A stretch of DNA of 64,000 bases from Eubacteriales bacterium (GTDB lineage: Bacteria; Bacillota; Clostridia; Oscillospirales; CAG-272): the NCBI GenBank assembly GCA_045649045.1, contig JAZRPF010000051.1, positions 14,471 through 78,470 of the forward strand. Reading direction: 5' to 3'. The position numbers and the translations under genes are program-made. Positions within the stretch are counted from its first letter, which is position 1; each line of letters starts with the position of its first letter. Below the pieces are notes generated by a model. The model saw only the letters and a program-made list of their open reading frames with translations, did not search any database and had not been told where the DNA came from. Positions 46,639 through 56,118 of this stretch are shown one piece after another.

Positions 46639-47031
46639 TTAAGATTCTTCCTTTTCGGTGCATTCGCGGCAAACACCGTATAGCACGGTTTTTTTGCGGT
46701 CAAGCTTAAAACCTTTTTCAGGCAACAGCGCTTCGACCTCGGTTGCCTCCATATGACAAATGCTCCCGCACTTGACGCAGGTTAAATGCAAGCAGCTACG
46801 GCAAGCATCTGCACCAACAAACTGATAGACGCTTTCGCGACGGCCTGGCTTGACAGTGCGGCTTACAAGGCCTTCTTTTTCAAGAAAAGACAGGTTGCGA
46901 TAAACTGCGCTGTGGCTGATACCGCCCTCTTCTAACGCGTCTGCAATCTCCTTTGCCGAAAACTGCTTATCAGGATTGCACCGTAAAAACAGCATCAGCA
47001 CTTTTCTTTGTTCCGTTGCATAGGTCGCCAA
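46639..47031 (-). CDS. zur: Fur-family metalloregulator (probably Zur)
   Basis: Contains ATEQRKVLMLFLRCNPDKQFSAKEIADAL...AVYRNLSFLEKEGLV plus CxxC pairs. The likely TTG start at 47031 has a GGAGGTG RBS. A TTGACA-17-TATAAT promoter lies upstream. Confidence 0.75.
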   Translation of the reverse strand: MATYATEQRKVLMLFLRCNPDKQFSAKEIADALEEGGISHSAVYRNLSFLEKEGLVSRTVKPGRRESVYQFVGADACRSCLHLTCVKCGSICHMEATEVEALLPEKGFKLDRKKTVLYGVCRECTEKEES

Positions 47032-47209
47032 GACAAGCACCTCCAAAATGAGAATGGTTCGCAAATTATTATAGTACAGGTTTCCTTTTTTGTCAAGTGG
47101 CAGAAGAAAAAAGTGGAACATTCTCACTCAAAGAAACAAAAAAGACCGCAAGCGCGGTCAAGTTCTTAATCAAAAAAGATGCTATGCCGTGGCATAGCAT
47201 CTTTTTATA

Positions 47210-47464
47210 TTAGTTTGCAATATAAGGCAAAAGAGCAACCTGACGCGCGCGCTTGATAGCCACTGTCAGCTGACGCTGGTGAAGTGCGCAAGTACCGGAT
47301 ACGCGACGAGGAAGGATCTTTGCACGCTCGGAAATGAACTTCCGAAGCTTTGCGGTATCTTTGTAGTCGATGCATTCAACCTTGTCCGCGCAGAAAATGC
47401 AGACCTTCTTTCTTCTGCGGTTTGCATTCGGACGGAAGGGACGCTCTGTATCGTTTCTTTCCAT
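47210..47464 (-). CDS. rpsR: 30S ribosomal protein S18
   Basis: Contains [48 protein letters not shown]. Confidence 0.95.
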   Translation of the reverse strand: MERNDTERPFRPNANRRRKKVCIFCADKVECIDYKDTAKLRKFISERAKILPRRVSGTCALHQRQLTVAIKRARQVALLPYIAN

Positions 47465-47556
47465 GATGGAAACCTCAAACCTTTCCGGCTCACCGAATCA
47501 ATCGAATAACCGTGTGCCGCGAGCCTGACACGCGATTGATAAAGTGCGGAGACTAC

Positions 47557-48036
47557 TCAAAACGGCAATCCGGCATCATCAGCAATGTCGACAAAATCGA
47601 CAGATGCTTGATTGTCTCCGCGATTGGAATAAGCAGGCGCGCCGTATGCATCGGGCGTATACTGCTGACCATCCGCTTGAGAGCCACCTTGTGAAGCGGT
47701 GCCGTCAGGCTTACTATCGACGAAATCGACCTCGTCAGCAACAACCTCCGTAGCATAACGCTTTGCACCTTGGGCATCAGTCCAAGTTCTGTTCTGCAGC
47801 TGACCGCAGACAAGGATCGGACGGCCTTTACGGAAACTGCGGCAAACGAACTCTGCCGTATTTCTCCATGCAACAATGTTAAAGAAATCAGCTGTAGGCT
47901 GTCCCTCAGCCGCCTTTGCAAAGCGACGGTTGACTGCAATGGAAAAACTGCAAACAGAAAGTCCTGTCGTGGTTTGTTTAAGCTCGGGATCGGCAGTCAA
48001 TCTACCTACCAAAATTACCTTATTAAAGTTTGCCAT
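47557..48036 (-). CDS. ssb: Single-stranded DNA-binding protein
   Basis: Reads MANFNKVILVGRLTADPELKQTTTG...FFNIVAWR... with the C-terminal acidic tip DDAGLPF. Confidence 0.95.
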   Translation of the reverse strand: MANFNKVILVGRLTADPELKQTTTGLSVCSFSIAVNRRFAKAAEGQPTADFFNIVAWRNTAEFVCRSFRKGRPILVCGQLQNRTWTDAQGAKRYATEVVADEVDFVDSKPDGTASQGGSQADGQQYTPDAYGAPAYSNRGDNQASVDFVDIADDAGLPF

Positions 48037-48054
48037 GACTCCGCCTCCTTTTCA

Positions 48055-48405
48055 TTATTCTGCGGCTTTTTCTTCAGCCTGAGCTGCTGTGGGAGCGGCA
48101 GCTTTCATCTTCTTCTCGTCCTGACGGATGACGATTGCACGCATAATACCGTCAGTAATACGGAAGATACGCTCGAGTTCTGCAGGGAATGCAGGAGCGC
48201 TCTTGAAGTTCACTTGGACATAATAACCCTCATTCATATCGTTAATCGGGTATGCCAAACGACGCTTGCCCCATTCGTTCACGGTGTTAATAGTACCGTT
48301 TGCGGAAATGAGAGCTGTGAACTTCTCCACCATTGCTTTTGTGTCTTCCTCAGTCAACTGAGCATTCACAACAAACAAGGTTTCATAAGAACCGATTTTC
48401 TCCAT
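48055..48405 (-). CDS. rpsF: 30S ribosomal protein S6
   Basis: Reads MEKIGSYETLFVVNAQLTEEDTKAMVEKF...WGKRRLAYPI. The start at 48405 has an AAGGAGG RBS. Confidence 0.9.
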   Translation of the reverse strand: MEKIGSYETLFVVNAQLTEEDTKAMVEKFTALISANGTINTVNEWGKRRLAYPINDMNEGYYVQVNFKSAPAFPAELERIFRITDGIMRAIVIRQDEKKMKAAAPTAAQAEEKAAE

Positions 48406-48635
48406 GTGTTTACACCTCCTTATGGTCATTCGGCCACATTCGTGGCAAGGAGCCGAACTGCATAACAGTTCGCACCGATTCTTAATTTTACCATACATCT
48501 GATCATTTGTCAAGCAAAAAATGCGTTTTTTCCCAAAAGTTTTTTAATTTTTTATGATACCTTCAAAAAAATCCTTCTATATTAATGAAAAAGGCTGTGC
48601 GCCGCGTCGCACATCCTTTTTCAAATCAGTAAGAA

Positions 48636-48812
48636 TTATTCAGCGTCATCGGAAGCGATTTCTTCAACCTCTTCGTCGAGCTCTTCGAAATCTTCTTCAT
48701 CCAACTCGTCGTACTCGTCCTCTTCGTTCTTCTTGGAAAGAAGAGAAGCAACAATTGCAGCAACAGTCGCAACGATTGCGAGAATACCGATAGCCATCAA
48801 AATTTTCTTCAT
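48636..48812 (-). CDS. Small membrane-anchored acidic protein (58 aa), not in the ORF track
   Basis: Manual translation gives MKKILMAIGILAIVATVAAIVASLLSKKNEEDEYDELDEEDFEELDEEVEEIASDDAE*. The AAGGAGA RBS lies 7 nt upstream. The listed plus-strand ORF 48554..48793 is its shadow. Confidence 0.5.
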   Translation of the reverse strand: MKKILMAIGILAIVATVAAIVASLLSKKNEEDEYDELDEEDFEELDEEVEEIASDDAE

Positions 48813-49079
48813 AGTTTGCGTCTCCTTTACAGAAATTTATTGATTATATACAGTATACCACATATCTTTCAAAAATGCAACTGTTTCCGACAGAAAATAT
48901 TTTGTAAAAAAAATCTTGAAAGACTATTGATTTTTTCAAAACAATATGATATAATAGACAGCGTTAATGGTTTTTTCTCGGCTTTTGCTTGTCGAGAGCT
49001 GTGTTCTTATAGTTGCACAGAGTTAAACAGTTAAATTTTCAATGAACTTTTGCACGCAGGTGCAATAGGAGGTGTCAAA

Positions 49080-49265
49080 ATGGCAAAATGTAGCTTGTGC
49101 GGAAAAGGAGTTGTCTTTGGACATAATGTTTCTCACTCCAACCGCAAAACCAACCGTACCTGGAAGCCCAACATCCGCCGTGTCAAGGCTGTTGTTGAGG
49201 GAACAAACAAGACCATCTATGTATGCTCCCGTTGCCTCCGCTCCGGTAAGGTCGAAAGAGCCTGA
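49080..49265 (+). CDS. rpmB: 50S ribosomal protein L28
   Basis: Reads MAKCSLCGKGVVFGHNVSHSNRKTNRTWKPNIRRVKAVV. RBS AGGAGG. Confidence 0.95.
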   Translation: MAKCSLCGKGVVFGHNVSHSNRKTNRTWKPNIRRVKAVVEGTNKTIYVCSRCLRSGKVERA

Positions 49266-49387
49266 TTGATTGGCTCTTTATAGGACGGCTTTTGTTCTGT
49301 CCTGAAAAAAAGGTTGTCGCATTTAGCAAAACAAAAGCACGCAAAAAAATCGTTGCTTTCGGTTCACCTAAATGAAACAACCTTTTT

Positions 49388-50491
49388 TTATTCTTTCTCC
49401 GCTCTTCCCTTTTCCTCGTCGTGCGTAAAAAGTGAAATGACACCTCGCAACACAACTGCGAGAAACGGACCTGCAATCATGCCAAAAAACCCAAAGAAGC
49501 AAAAACCCGCATACATAGCGAAAAGCGCAGGCAAGGGGTGAATGCCCATATGTGAACCGATAATTTTCGGCTCTGCAAATTGTCTGACGACCACGCAAAC
49601 AGCAAATAAAATGAGAAGTCCCATGCCGCCACCAAGGTCGCCGACCATCAGCCTGAAAAGCCCCCACGGGACAAGCATAGTGCCGACGCCAAGCACGGGC
49701 AGAATGTCAACCAAGGTAAATATAAACGCAATCAATACGGCATAGCGTATACCCAAAATCAAAAAACCGACAAGTAAAATAAGGAAGGTCAGAAGCGCCA
49801 AAATTGAATAGGCGCGCAAATAGAGAAAAACCGTTGTCCGTAAAAGTTCCTTCAGGCGCAAGACTCCGCTTTGCATTTTTTCGGGCAAAACAGCGCGCAC
49901 AGCGGCATGCACTTTGTGAAGGTCAAGCGCAAAGTAAACCGCCGCGATTAAGGTAATCACCACAAGAAAAAGTGCGCTTGGCAATGCCATGACAATTTTG
50001 CCGACGGCATTAGCAAGAAAAACAAGTGCCTTCTCCGCGCTTCTCTCTAAAAAGTCCATCAGATATTGCTCTACCTGAAGCGAAACCGCAGAATCTTTTG
50101 CGCTCTCTGAAAAATTTGCAAAAATTCCGTCAAAAAATTGATTGACACGCAAAAGCAGCTCATCGAAAATTTCCGGGTGTGCAACCAATCGCTCAAATAG
50201 CTGCTGCGCCTCAATGATAAGTCGACTGCACAGTAAAAACAGAAGTCCAAAAATACCCGCCAAAAGCAAAATAAGAAGTATCAGACTTAAAACGCGGACA
50301 GGCAAGTGAATCTGCCGATTGAGCCACCTTGCCGCAGGACGAACAGCAAGTGCCGCACACCATGCAATGAGGAAGGGCAGAAGGACTGGCAAAAGGTACT
50401 TGAAAAACAAATAAATCAGTACCGCAACGCCAAACACACTGATTGTCACTGCTGCCGCCTTTTCAAACGAAAAAACCCTTTTTTTCTCCAT
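49388..50491 (-). CDS. ytvI: AI-2E/PerM-family integral membrane protein (YtvI-like)
   Basis: Polytopic membrane protein with ...DILPVLGVGTMLVPWG..., typical of the AI-2E transporter / YtvI family. Confidence 0.75.
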   Translation of the reverse strand: MEKKRVFSFEKAAAVTISVFGVAVLIYLFFKYLLPVLLPFLIAWCAALAVRPAARWLNRQIHLPVRVLSLILLILLLAGIFGLLFLLCSRLIIEAQQLFERLVAHPEIFDELLLRVNQFFDGIFANFSESAKDSAVSLQVEQYLMDFLERSAEKALVFLANAVGKIVMALPSALFLVVITLIAAVYFALDLHKVHAAVRAVLPEKMQSGVLRLKELLRTTVFLYLRAYSILALLTFLILLVGFLILGIRYAVLIAFIFTLVDILPVLGVGTMLVPWGLFRLMVGDLGGGMGLLILFAVCVVVRQFAEPKIIGSHMGIHPLPALFAMYAGFCFFGFFGMIAGPFLAVVLRGVISLFTHDEEKGRAEKE

Positions 50492-50616
50492 AATTGCACC
50501 GTCCTTACCGAGCTTGAATGAGTTACTTCAGTATATGCCAAAAAAAGTCCTATTTATCCCGTGCAAGCATATGATATCAAAAATTTATTAATTTTATAAA
50601 GAAAGAGGTACACACA

Positions 50617-51099
50617 ATGATTCTCATTGAAATGGAAAACGGCTCTACCATGCGTCTGGAGCTGTATCCCGAAATCGCACCAAAGACAGTTGCCAATTTT
50701 GAAAAGCTGGTACGCGAGGGCTTTTATGACGGTTTGATTTTCCATCGCGTAATCCCCGGCTTTATGATTCAGGGTGGCGATCCGCTCGGCAACGGCATGG
50801 GCGGTTCAAAGGAGCATATTGTCGGTGAATTCACTTCAAACGGCTTCAAAAACGATCTGCGCCATACACGCGGTGTCATTTCAATGGCACGCGCGATGGA
50901 CAAGAACTCTGCCTCATCACAATTCTTTATTATGCACGCTGATGCACCTCATCTTGACGGCTCTTATGCCGCCTTTGGCCGTGTGGTAGATGGCATTGAA
51001 ACTGTCGATGCCATCGCGTCTGTACCGACCGACCGTAGTGACCGCCCCCGTGTCGACCAAAGAATCGCACGCATGACAGTCGTGGAGGAATCAAAATGA
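50617..51099 (+). CDS. ppiB: Peptidyl-prolyl cis-trans isomerase, cyclophilin type
   Basis: Contains FHRVIPGFMIQGGDP...GVISMARAMDKNSASSQFFI. Confidence 0.9.
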   Translation: MILIEMENGSTMRLELYPEIAPKTVANFEKLVREGFYDGLIFHRVIPGFMIQGGDPLGNGMGGSKEHIVGEFTSNGFKNDLRHTRGVISMARAMDKNSASSQFFIMHADAPHLDGSYAAFGRVVDGIETVDAIASVPTDRSDRPRVDQRIARMTVVEESK

Positions 51100-51833
51100 A
51101 AGTACTTACAAGTGAATGGAAAGGCTTTGAACGCCTTGACTTTCAAATAGACGGACAAGATGCACTTTTAATTCGTCCGAACAAAGACTGCGGTCACAAT
51201 CGCTATATGATAAAAACCGAATATTTCGGTGCGTTTCCGAACCTTGAAATTGCGCTCCTGAATCGTGGCTATCATTTGGCATATGTCAAAAACCGCTCGC
51301 GCTGGGGAACTGATGCCGACTGCGACACCAAGGCAATGCTGGTAAATGAGCTCCATAACGAATTCGGGCTTTATAGGCGCGCAATTCCCGTTGGCATGAG
51401 CTGTGGTGGCTTTCATGCTGTCAACTTTGCTTCACGTTACCCTGACCTGCTCTCACTTCTCTATCTGGATGCACCGCTCCTTTCCTTTTTGTCCCTTCCG
51501 TACGGTATGGGTGAAATCCCTCGCAACGAGAGCATGATAAAGGAAATTGTCGATGCATACGGCTTTGACCTGCCGCATGTACTTGCTTATAATGAGCAAC
51601 CGATTCACCGTATCAAGACCTTAACCAATGCAAAAATTCCTGTCGCACTTGTCTACGGCGATGCCGATAAAACCGTTTCCTGCCACGAAAACGCACTGCT
51701 TCTGAAGGAGTTTTATGAGCGTGACGGTGCCCCCATTCGCACATGGTGCAAAAAGGGATGCGACCACCACCCTCACGGTCCTCTTGAATACATGGACGAG
51801 GTTATTGCATACATTGAAAGCGCTATGCTATAG
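51096..51833 (+). CDS. Alpha/beta hydrolase-fold protein
   Basis: Has the nucleophile-elbow-like GMSCGG, a late GDADKTV and a C-terminal CDHHPHG. It overlaps the ppiB stop. Confidence 0.55.
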   Translation: MKVLTSEWKGFERLDFQIDGQDALLIRPNKDCGHNRYMIKTEYFGAFPNLEIALLNRGYHLAYVKNRSRWGTDADCDTKAMLVNELHNEFGLYRRAIPVGMSCGGFHAVNFASRYPDLLSLLYLDAPLLSFLSLPYGMGEIPRNESMIKEIVDAYGFDLPHVLAYNEQPIHRIKTLTNAKIPVALVYGDADKTVSCHENALLLKEFYERDGAPIRTWCKKGCDHHPHGPLEYMDEVIAYIESAML

Positions 51834-51887
51834 CAAAAAAAATGGGCTACCGCAGAATTGCGGTAGCCCATTCTCTATTTTGACGAT

Positions 51888-52160
51888 TCAGTTTACAGCC
51901 GCCTCGGCTGCAGCCCAATCGTCTCCTTCTATTTCTTCAAAGGTCGCATCAAGATATGCTTCAGCACGACGCTCCTGTTTGACCTCATGATGCAAAATTG
52001 CCATGAGATAGCCACCTGATGCCGCTTCGACAATGGATGCGACAAGGAAAGCCCAACAAATATGTCTACGCTTCGCACAGGTGATAATAAACATCACCAT
52101 TAACGCAATGGAATTGAGTATCAGCAAAAGAATGGCATAAAAACGAAGCTTCTTAAACAT
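51888..52160 (-). CDS. Small membrane protein (hypothetical)
   Basis: MFKKLRFYAILLLILNSIALMVMFIITCA... has two TM segments. RBS GGAAGGGAG. Confidence 0.4.
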   Translation of the reverse strand: MFKKLRFYAILLLILNSIALMVMFIITCAKRRHICWAFLVASIVEAASGGYLMAILHHEVKQERRAEAYLDATFEEIEGDDWAAAEAAVN

Positions 52161-52184
52161 TATAGCTCCCTTCCGATACAAATT

Positions 52185-53297
52185 TTATTTTTTAGCGACA
52201 GTCGATTTCAAATAAGCGTTGATAAAGCCGTCAATATCACCGTCCATCACTGCGCCGATATTACCGTCCTCATACCCTGTACGCGTATCCTTGGCAAGTG
52301 TATAAGGCATGAAAACATAGCTGCGAATTTGCGCGCCCCATTCAATATTGGTTTTGTTGCCTTGAATATCCTCGATTCTATCCAGCTTTTCGCGCTCTTT
52401 TATCTCCATCAGCTTGGATTTCAGCATCTTGAGTGCTGTTTCCTTGTTCTGAAGCTGACTGCGTTCTGTCTGACAGCCGACAACAATACCTGTTGGCAAG
52501 TGCGTGATACGAATAGCAGAGTCTGTTTTATTGATATGCTGTCCACCCGCACCGCTTGAACGGTGCGCTGTGATTTCAATATCCTCATCGCGAATTTCGA
52601 TGCTGTTATCATCATCAAATTCAGGCATGACCTCAACAGATGCAAAGGATGTCTGTCTGCGCCCCGAGCTATCGAAGGGAGATACACGCACCAAACGGTG
52701 CACGCCATTCTCGCTCTTGAGATAGCCGTAAGCATTCAGTCCCTCAATCGCAATAGTTGCACTCTTGATTCCCGCCTCTTCTCCGTCAAGCCAATCAAGC
52801 AGCTTGACAGTATAACCGTGCTTCTCGCCCCAGCGTGTATAAAGTCGGTAAAGCATGAGCGCCCAGTCCTGCGCCTCCGTACCGCCGGCACCGGGATGGA
52901 AGGACAGAATTGCATTGTTCTTATCATATTCGCCCGAAAGCAAAACCTCAATGCGTTTCTTTTCAGCCGCCTCTTCAATATAAGCGACCTCGCTCTCAAC
53001 CTCTTCAACAGAGCCTTCGTCATTTTCCTCAATAGCCATCTCTGCCAAGGTCAAGGCATCATCAAGACGGCTGCAAAGATGATCATAAAAACCAATTTGG
53101 TCCTTCATCTGCTTAATGGTTTGCAGAATCTTACTGCTCTTCTCCTGATTCGACCAGAAGTTTTCCTCAAAGGTCTGTTTTTCAAGCTCGGCGCTCTCTT
53201 CGCGCAAGGAATCAATGCGTAAAGCCGAACCAAGCTCCTGCAAATTGTCCTTCAAGGCGATTAGTTTGTATTTTGCTTCTTCAAGTGCAATAATCAA
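52185..53297 (-). CDS. prfB: Peptide chain release factor 2 (single uninterrupted frame)
   Basis: Contains the SPF and GGQ motifs (RVSPFDSSGRRQTSF, RSSGAGGQHINKTDSA). TTG start with GGAGG RBS. There is no internal in-frame UGA. Confidence 0.95.
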   Translation of the reverse strand: MIIALEEAKYKLIALKDNLQELGSALRIDSLREESAELEKQTFEENFWSNQEKSSKILQTIKQMKDQIGFYDHLCSRLDDALTLAEMAIEENDEGSVEEVESEVAYIEEAAEKKRIEVLLSGEYDKNNAILSFHPGAGGTEAQDWALMLYRLYTRWGEKHGYTVKLLDWLDGEEAGIKSATIAIEGLNAYGYLKSENGVHRLVRVSPFDSSGRRQTSFASVEVMPEFDDDNSIEIRDEDIEITAHRSSGAGGQHINKTDSAIRITHLPTGIVVGCQTERSQLQNKETALKMLKSKLMEIKEREKLDRIEDIQGNKTNIEWGAQIRSYVFMPYTLAKDTRTGYEDGNIGAVMDGDIDGFINAYLKSTVAKK

Positions 53298-53318
53298 GGG
53301 GAAACCTCCGAATCCAAA

Positions 53319-53720
53319 TTAGCGTTGAATGCCCGAGCTTCCTGTATCCTGCTCGGATGTAGACTTACAACGGGGACAGGTCACACGAACCGTACCCTTG
53401 CCTCGCGGAATACGCAGAACCGTATTACAACGGGCGCATCTGAAATAGATGTGTGTTTTGCGGTCGCGGAACTTATTTTTTGCCAGCTTCATTGTGGCAC
53501 CAATGTTTGCGAACGCCGCATTTTCAAGACGGCGCGCCTGCACATTGCTTGAGAATGTACGAAAAATCACCCATGCAACAAGCAAGAGCGGCAAAAGGCA
53601 CAAAAACCAAACATCAAAAAGGCTGACAATCAACAGCAGAACAAAAGACAGGGCAAGTAAGAACCATGAAAGCAAATCGGCGCCATAGCGACGGCTCATG
53701 AATCTGTAAAAAGCATTCAT
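53319..53720 (-). CDS. Membrane protein with C-terminal zinc ribbon
   Basis: Two TM helices are followed by CARCNTVLRIPRGKGTVRVTCPRC. Confidence 0.5.
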   Translation of the reverse strand: MNAFYRFMSRRYGADLLSWFLLALSFVLLLIVSLFDVWFLCLLPLLLVAWVIFRTFSSNVQARRLENAAFANIGATMKLAKNKFRDRKTHIYFRCARCNTVLRIPRGKGTVRVTCPRCKSTSEQDTGSSGIQR

Positions 53721-53926
53721 TAGAATTCCTCCATTTTGAACAAAAATGCCGTCATATCACAATTTTTATCACAGAATCGCATTTTTGTATGTTCATTATA
53801 ATATTATTATACCATAATACTTCTATTTTGTAAAGTCAAAAAAATAAAAAAGATTGCTTTTGTCAAAATTTTTCCTTCTTTTCAAAAATCCGCACCTTGA
53901 AGCAGGTGCGGATTTTTGAAGCGTTG

Positions 53927-54781
53927 TCAGATAGTGCCTGTCACGGTCAATACGCTGACACCGGGCGTGATGCTGATCGCGCCTGTGTCCGGATCCCGTG
54001 TATAGGTTGCCGCAGGTACCGTGATTTGTCCCGCTACTGTCGTGAATACACCCGTTGCCTCATCATAGGTGTAGTTTGCAGGCTCGGACCATGCCGTACC
54101 GTTGTAGGTCACCGTGATATTTTCAAGAATCGGGTCAAATGTGTCGCTGACGCTCACATTGTCATCAACACCTGCTTCGGTATTGCCCGTATTCTGAATC
54201 ACAAAGGTGTAGGTGATTTCACCGTTTTCAGCCACAGTAGTAGGCGAAAGCGACTTGGTAATCGAAAGAATCGCCTCATCCCTGACCGTCACTGTCTCTT
54301 CCGCGACCACCGGCGTCATAACACAGCCACCACTCACTGTCACGGTATTGGTAATCTCACTGCCTGTTTCAAGCGGTGCAAAGGCGTTGACATCCACTTG
54401 ATAGATGATCACCGCATTGCCACCCGCGGGAACTGTAACCCCCGAAATAAAGAGAGCCGTCCCCACAGTCACATTCGGCGCGCCTTGCAAAACACCGTTC
54501 TGATAATAAAGCACCGAGCCTTCGATATAGCTTAACGGAACGCGACTCGTCGTCCCATCCGTATACACACCCAAATCATCGGTGAGCGTCAGACCTGTCA
54601 AGGGGGTTGCACCCGAATTGACAAGAGAGACCACATAGGTGATTGTATCGCCTGCGCGGTAAGTGCCAATTGACGCCGTCTTGACCGCAGACAGTACCTC
54701 TACAATTTCTCCTGTTGTCACATTTGAAGCAACTGCCATGCCATTATAGGTCAGCGTTGCCTGATTATAAAAAGTTGCCAT
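53927..54781 (-). CDS. Repeat-domain (DUF11 / prealbumin-like beta-sandwich type) protein without signal peptide
   Basis: Reads MATFYNQATLTYNG...TITYVVSLVNSGATPLTGLTLTDDLG...ITYTFVIQNTGNTEA. It has two or three similar modules and no N-terminal hydrophobic leader. Confidence 0.5.
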   Translation of the reverse strand: MATFYNQATLTYNGMAVASNVTTGEIVEVLSAVKTASIGTYRAGDTITYVVSLVNSGATPLTGLTLTDDLGVYTDGTTSRVPLSYIEGSVLYYQNGVLQGAPNVTVGTALFISGVTVPAGGNAVIIYQVDVNAFAPLETGSEITNTVTVSGGCVMTPVVAEETVTVRDEAILSITKSLSPTTVAENGEITYTFVIQNTGNTEAGVDDNVSVSDTFDPILENITVTYNGTAWSEPANYTYDEATGVFTTVAGQITVPAATYTRDPDTGAISITPGVSVLTVTGTI

Positions 54782-55087
54782 ATAAACTCCATTCCGCCAT
54801 AAACATGACGGCAAAATACTCTGTTTTTTTGCGTTTTCTGCAAAATCAAATAAGCTCCGAATATCATTGAGGCTTGCACCTCATAAGCAGTATATGCATA
54901 CCTCATCCCCCGTGATATTTTATCCCTGACCGCCATAATTCCATTCGCAAACAAAAGTTAACGATCAAAAGGTTCTGGAGGCAATGATGCCTATATAAAT
55001 AACACTGAAGCTCGAAAAAGTCACAACATTCTCTGTGTTTTCTCTTTTCTTCACTAAATATTATCTTTTCAAAAATATTAATTTTAC

Positions 55088-55116
55088 TTGACAAACAGGT
55101 GAAACAGGTGTATAAT
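55088..55116 (+). promoter_or_regulatory. Consensus sigma-A-type promoter
   Basis: TTGACA (55088-55093), 17-nt spacer, TATAAT (55111-55116). It lies upstream of the DUF1858/trmK/nif3 genes. Confidence 0.6.
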
Positions 55117-55210
55117 TTGATTGTATAAATTAAGAGAGATTTTCGAATATTATTTCTCTCAAATCAATACAAGGTCAGAAAGGCGCGGTGAGCACCGCGA
55201 AAAATGAAGC

Positions 55211-55411
55211 ATGAAGGTAACAAAAGAATCTTTAATTGGTGATGTTCTTGATTATGATGTAGAAACTGCACAGTTCTTCCTTGAAATCGGTATGCACTGC
55301 CTCGGTTGCCCCTCCGCACGCGGTGAGAGCATTGAGCAGGCTTGCGCCGTTCACGGAACAGACGCCGATGCGCTTGTCAAAAAGCTGAACGACTTTATCG
55401 GTGCAAAATAA
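55211..55411 (+). CDS. DUF1858-type small redox-disulfide protein
   Basis: Contains ...FLEIGMHCLGCPSARGESIEQACAVHG.... Confidence 0.7.
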   Translation: MKVTKESLIGDVLDYDVETAQFFLEIGMHCLGCPSARGESIEQACAVHGTDADALVKKLNDFIGAK

Positions 55412-55413
55412 AA

Positions 55414-56118
55414 ATGCCCGTAACGCAACTGAACGGAAGGCTCAGTGCGGCGGCGGCATTTGTGCGGCAGGGGGCGGTATTTGCCGATATCGGTACAGAC
55501 CATGCCCACCTGCCGATTTTTCTTTTGAAGCAAAACCGTATCCAATCTGCCGTTGCCGCCGATTTGCGTGAAGGCCCGCTTTCACGCGCACGCGAAAACG
55601 CAGCGCAAGCAGGCGTGTCAGACAGAATTGATTTTCGCCTCGCAAGCGGTCTTGCAGGCATGGAAGCTCTCGGCTTGACCGATATTGCTATTTGCGGTAT
55701 GGGTGGCGAGCTGATTGCCTCTATTCTTGATAATGCCCCCTTCGTTCGTAACCCCGACATTCGCCTGATTCTTCAACCCATGACACGCGCACCGCACCTG
55801 CGCCACTATCTCGCCTCAAACGGCTTTGTCATTCAGGAAGAGGTCGTTTGTCAGGCGGCAGGAAGACTCTATATCTGCATTGTCTCTGCTTATGCAGGTG
55901 CGCCCTATACGCTTTCAGAAGCTGAAATTGATTGCGGACAAGCACTTCTCCGCCGCAAGCCCAATGCACTTGAGCGCGCTTTTATAGAAGAAAGACTTGA
56001 TGCCGCACGCCGCCGCCTTGACGGCCGCACGGCAGGTGGCATTCAGGATGCAGAAAACCGTACCCTCTCGCTTATCATCGATACATATGAACGCTATCTG
56101 GAGGTGAATCCCGCGTGA
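55414..56118 (+). CDS. trmK: tRNA (adenine22-N1)-methyltransferase
   Basis: Contains RLSAAAAFVRQGAVFADIGTDHAHLPIFLL...AICGMGGELI. Confidence 0.85.
   Translation: MPVTQLNGRLSAAAAFVRQGAVFADIGTDHAHLPIFLLKQNRIQSAVAADLREGPLSRARENAAQAGVSDRIDFRLASGLAGMEALGLTDIAICGMGGELIASILDNAPFVRNPDIRLILQPMTRAPHLRHYLASNGFVIQEEVVCQAAGRLYICIVSAYAGAPYTLSEAEIDCGQALLRRKPNALERAFIEERLDAARRRLDGRTAGGIQDAENRTLSLIIDTYERYLEVNPA

Noticed and set aside
47040-47127. Zur box in the zur-znuA promoter
   Set aside because: Inverted copies of GAGAATG(G)TTC flank the TTGACA-17-TATAAT promoter. They do not match the Zur/Fur consensus I know closely enough to call an operator without a motif scan.
52185-53297. Expected programmed +1 frameshift site in prfB
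   Set aside because: The RF2 frame is continuous from a TTG start with a GGAGG RBS through the SPF and GGQ motifs. There is no short upstream ORF ending in CTT TGA. This genome appears to have the non-frameshifted form.
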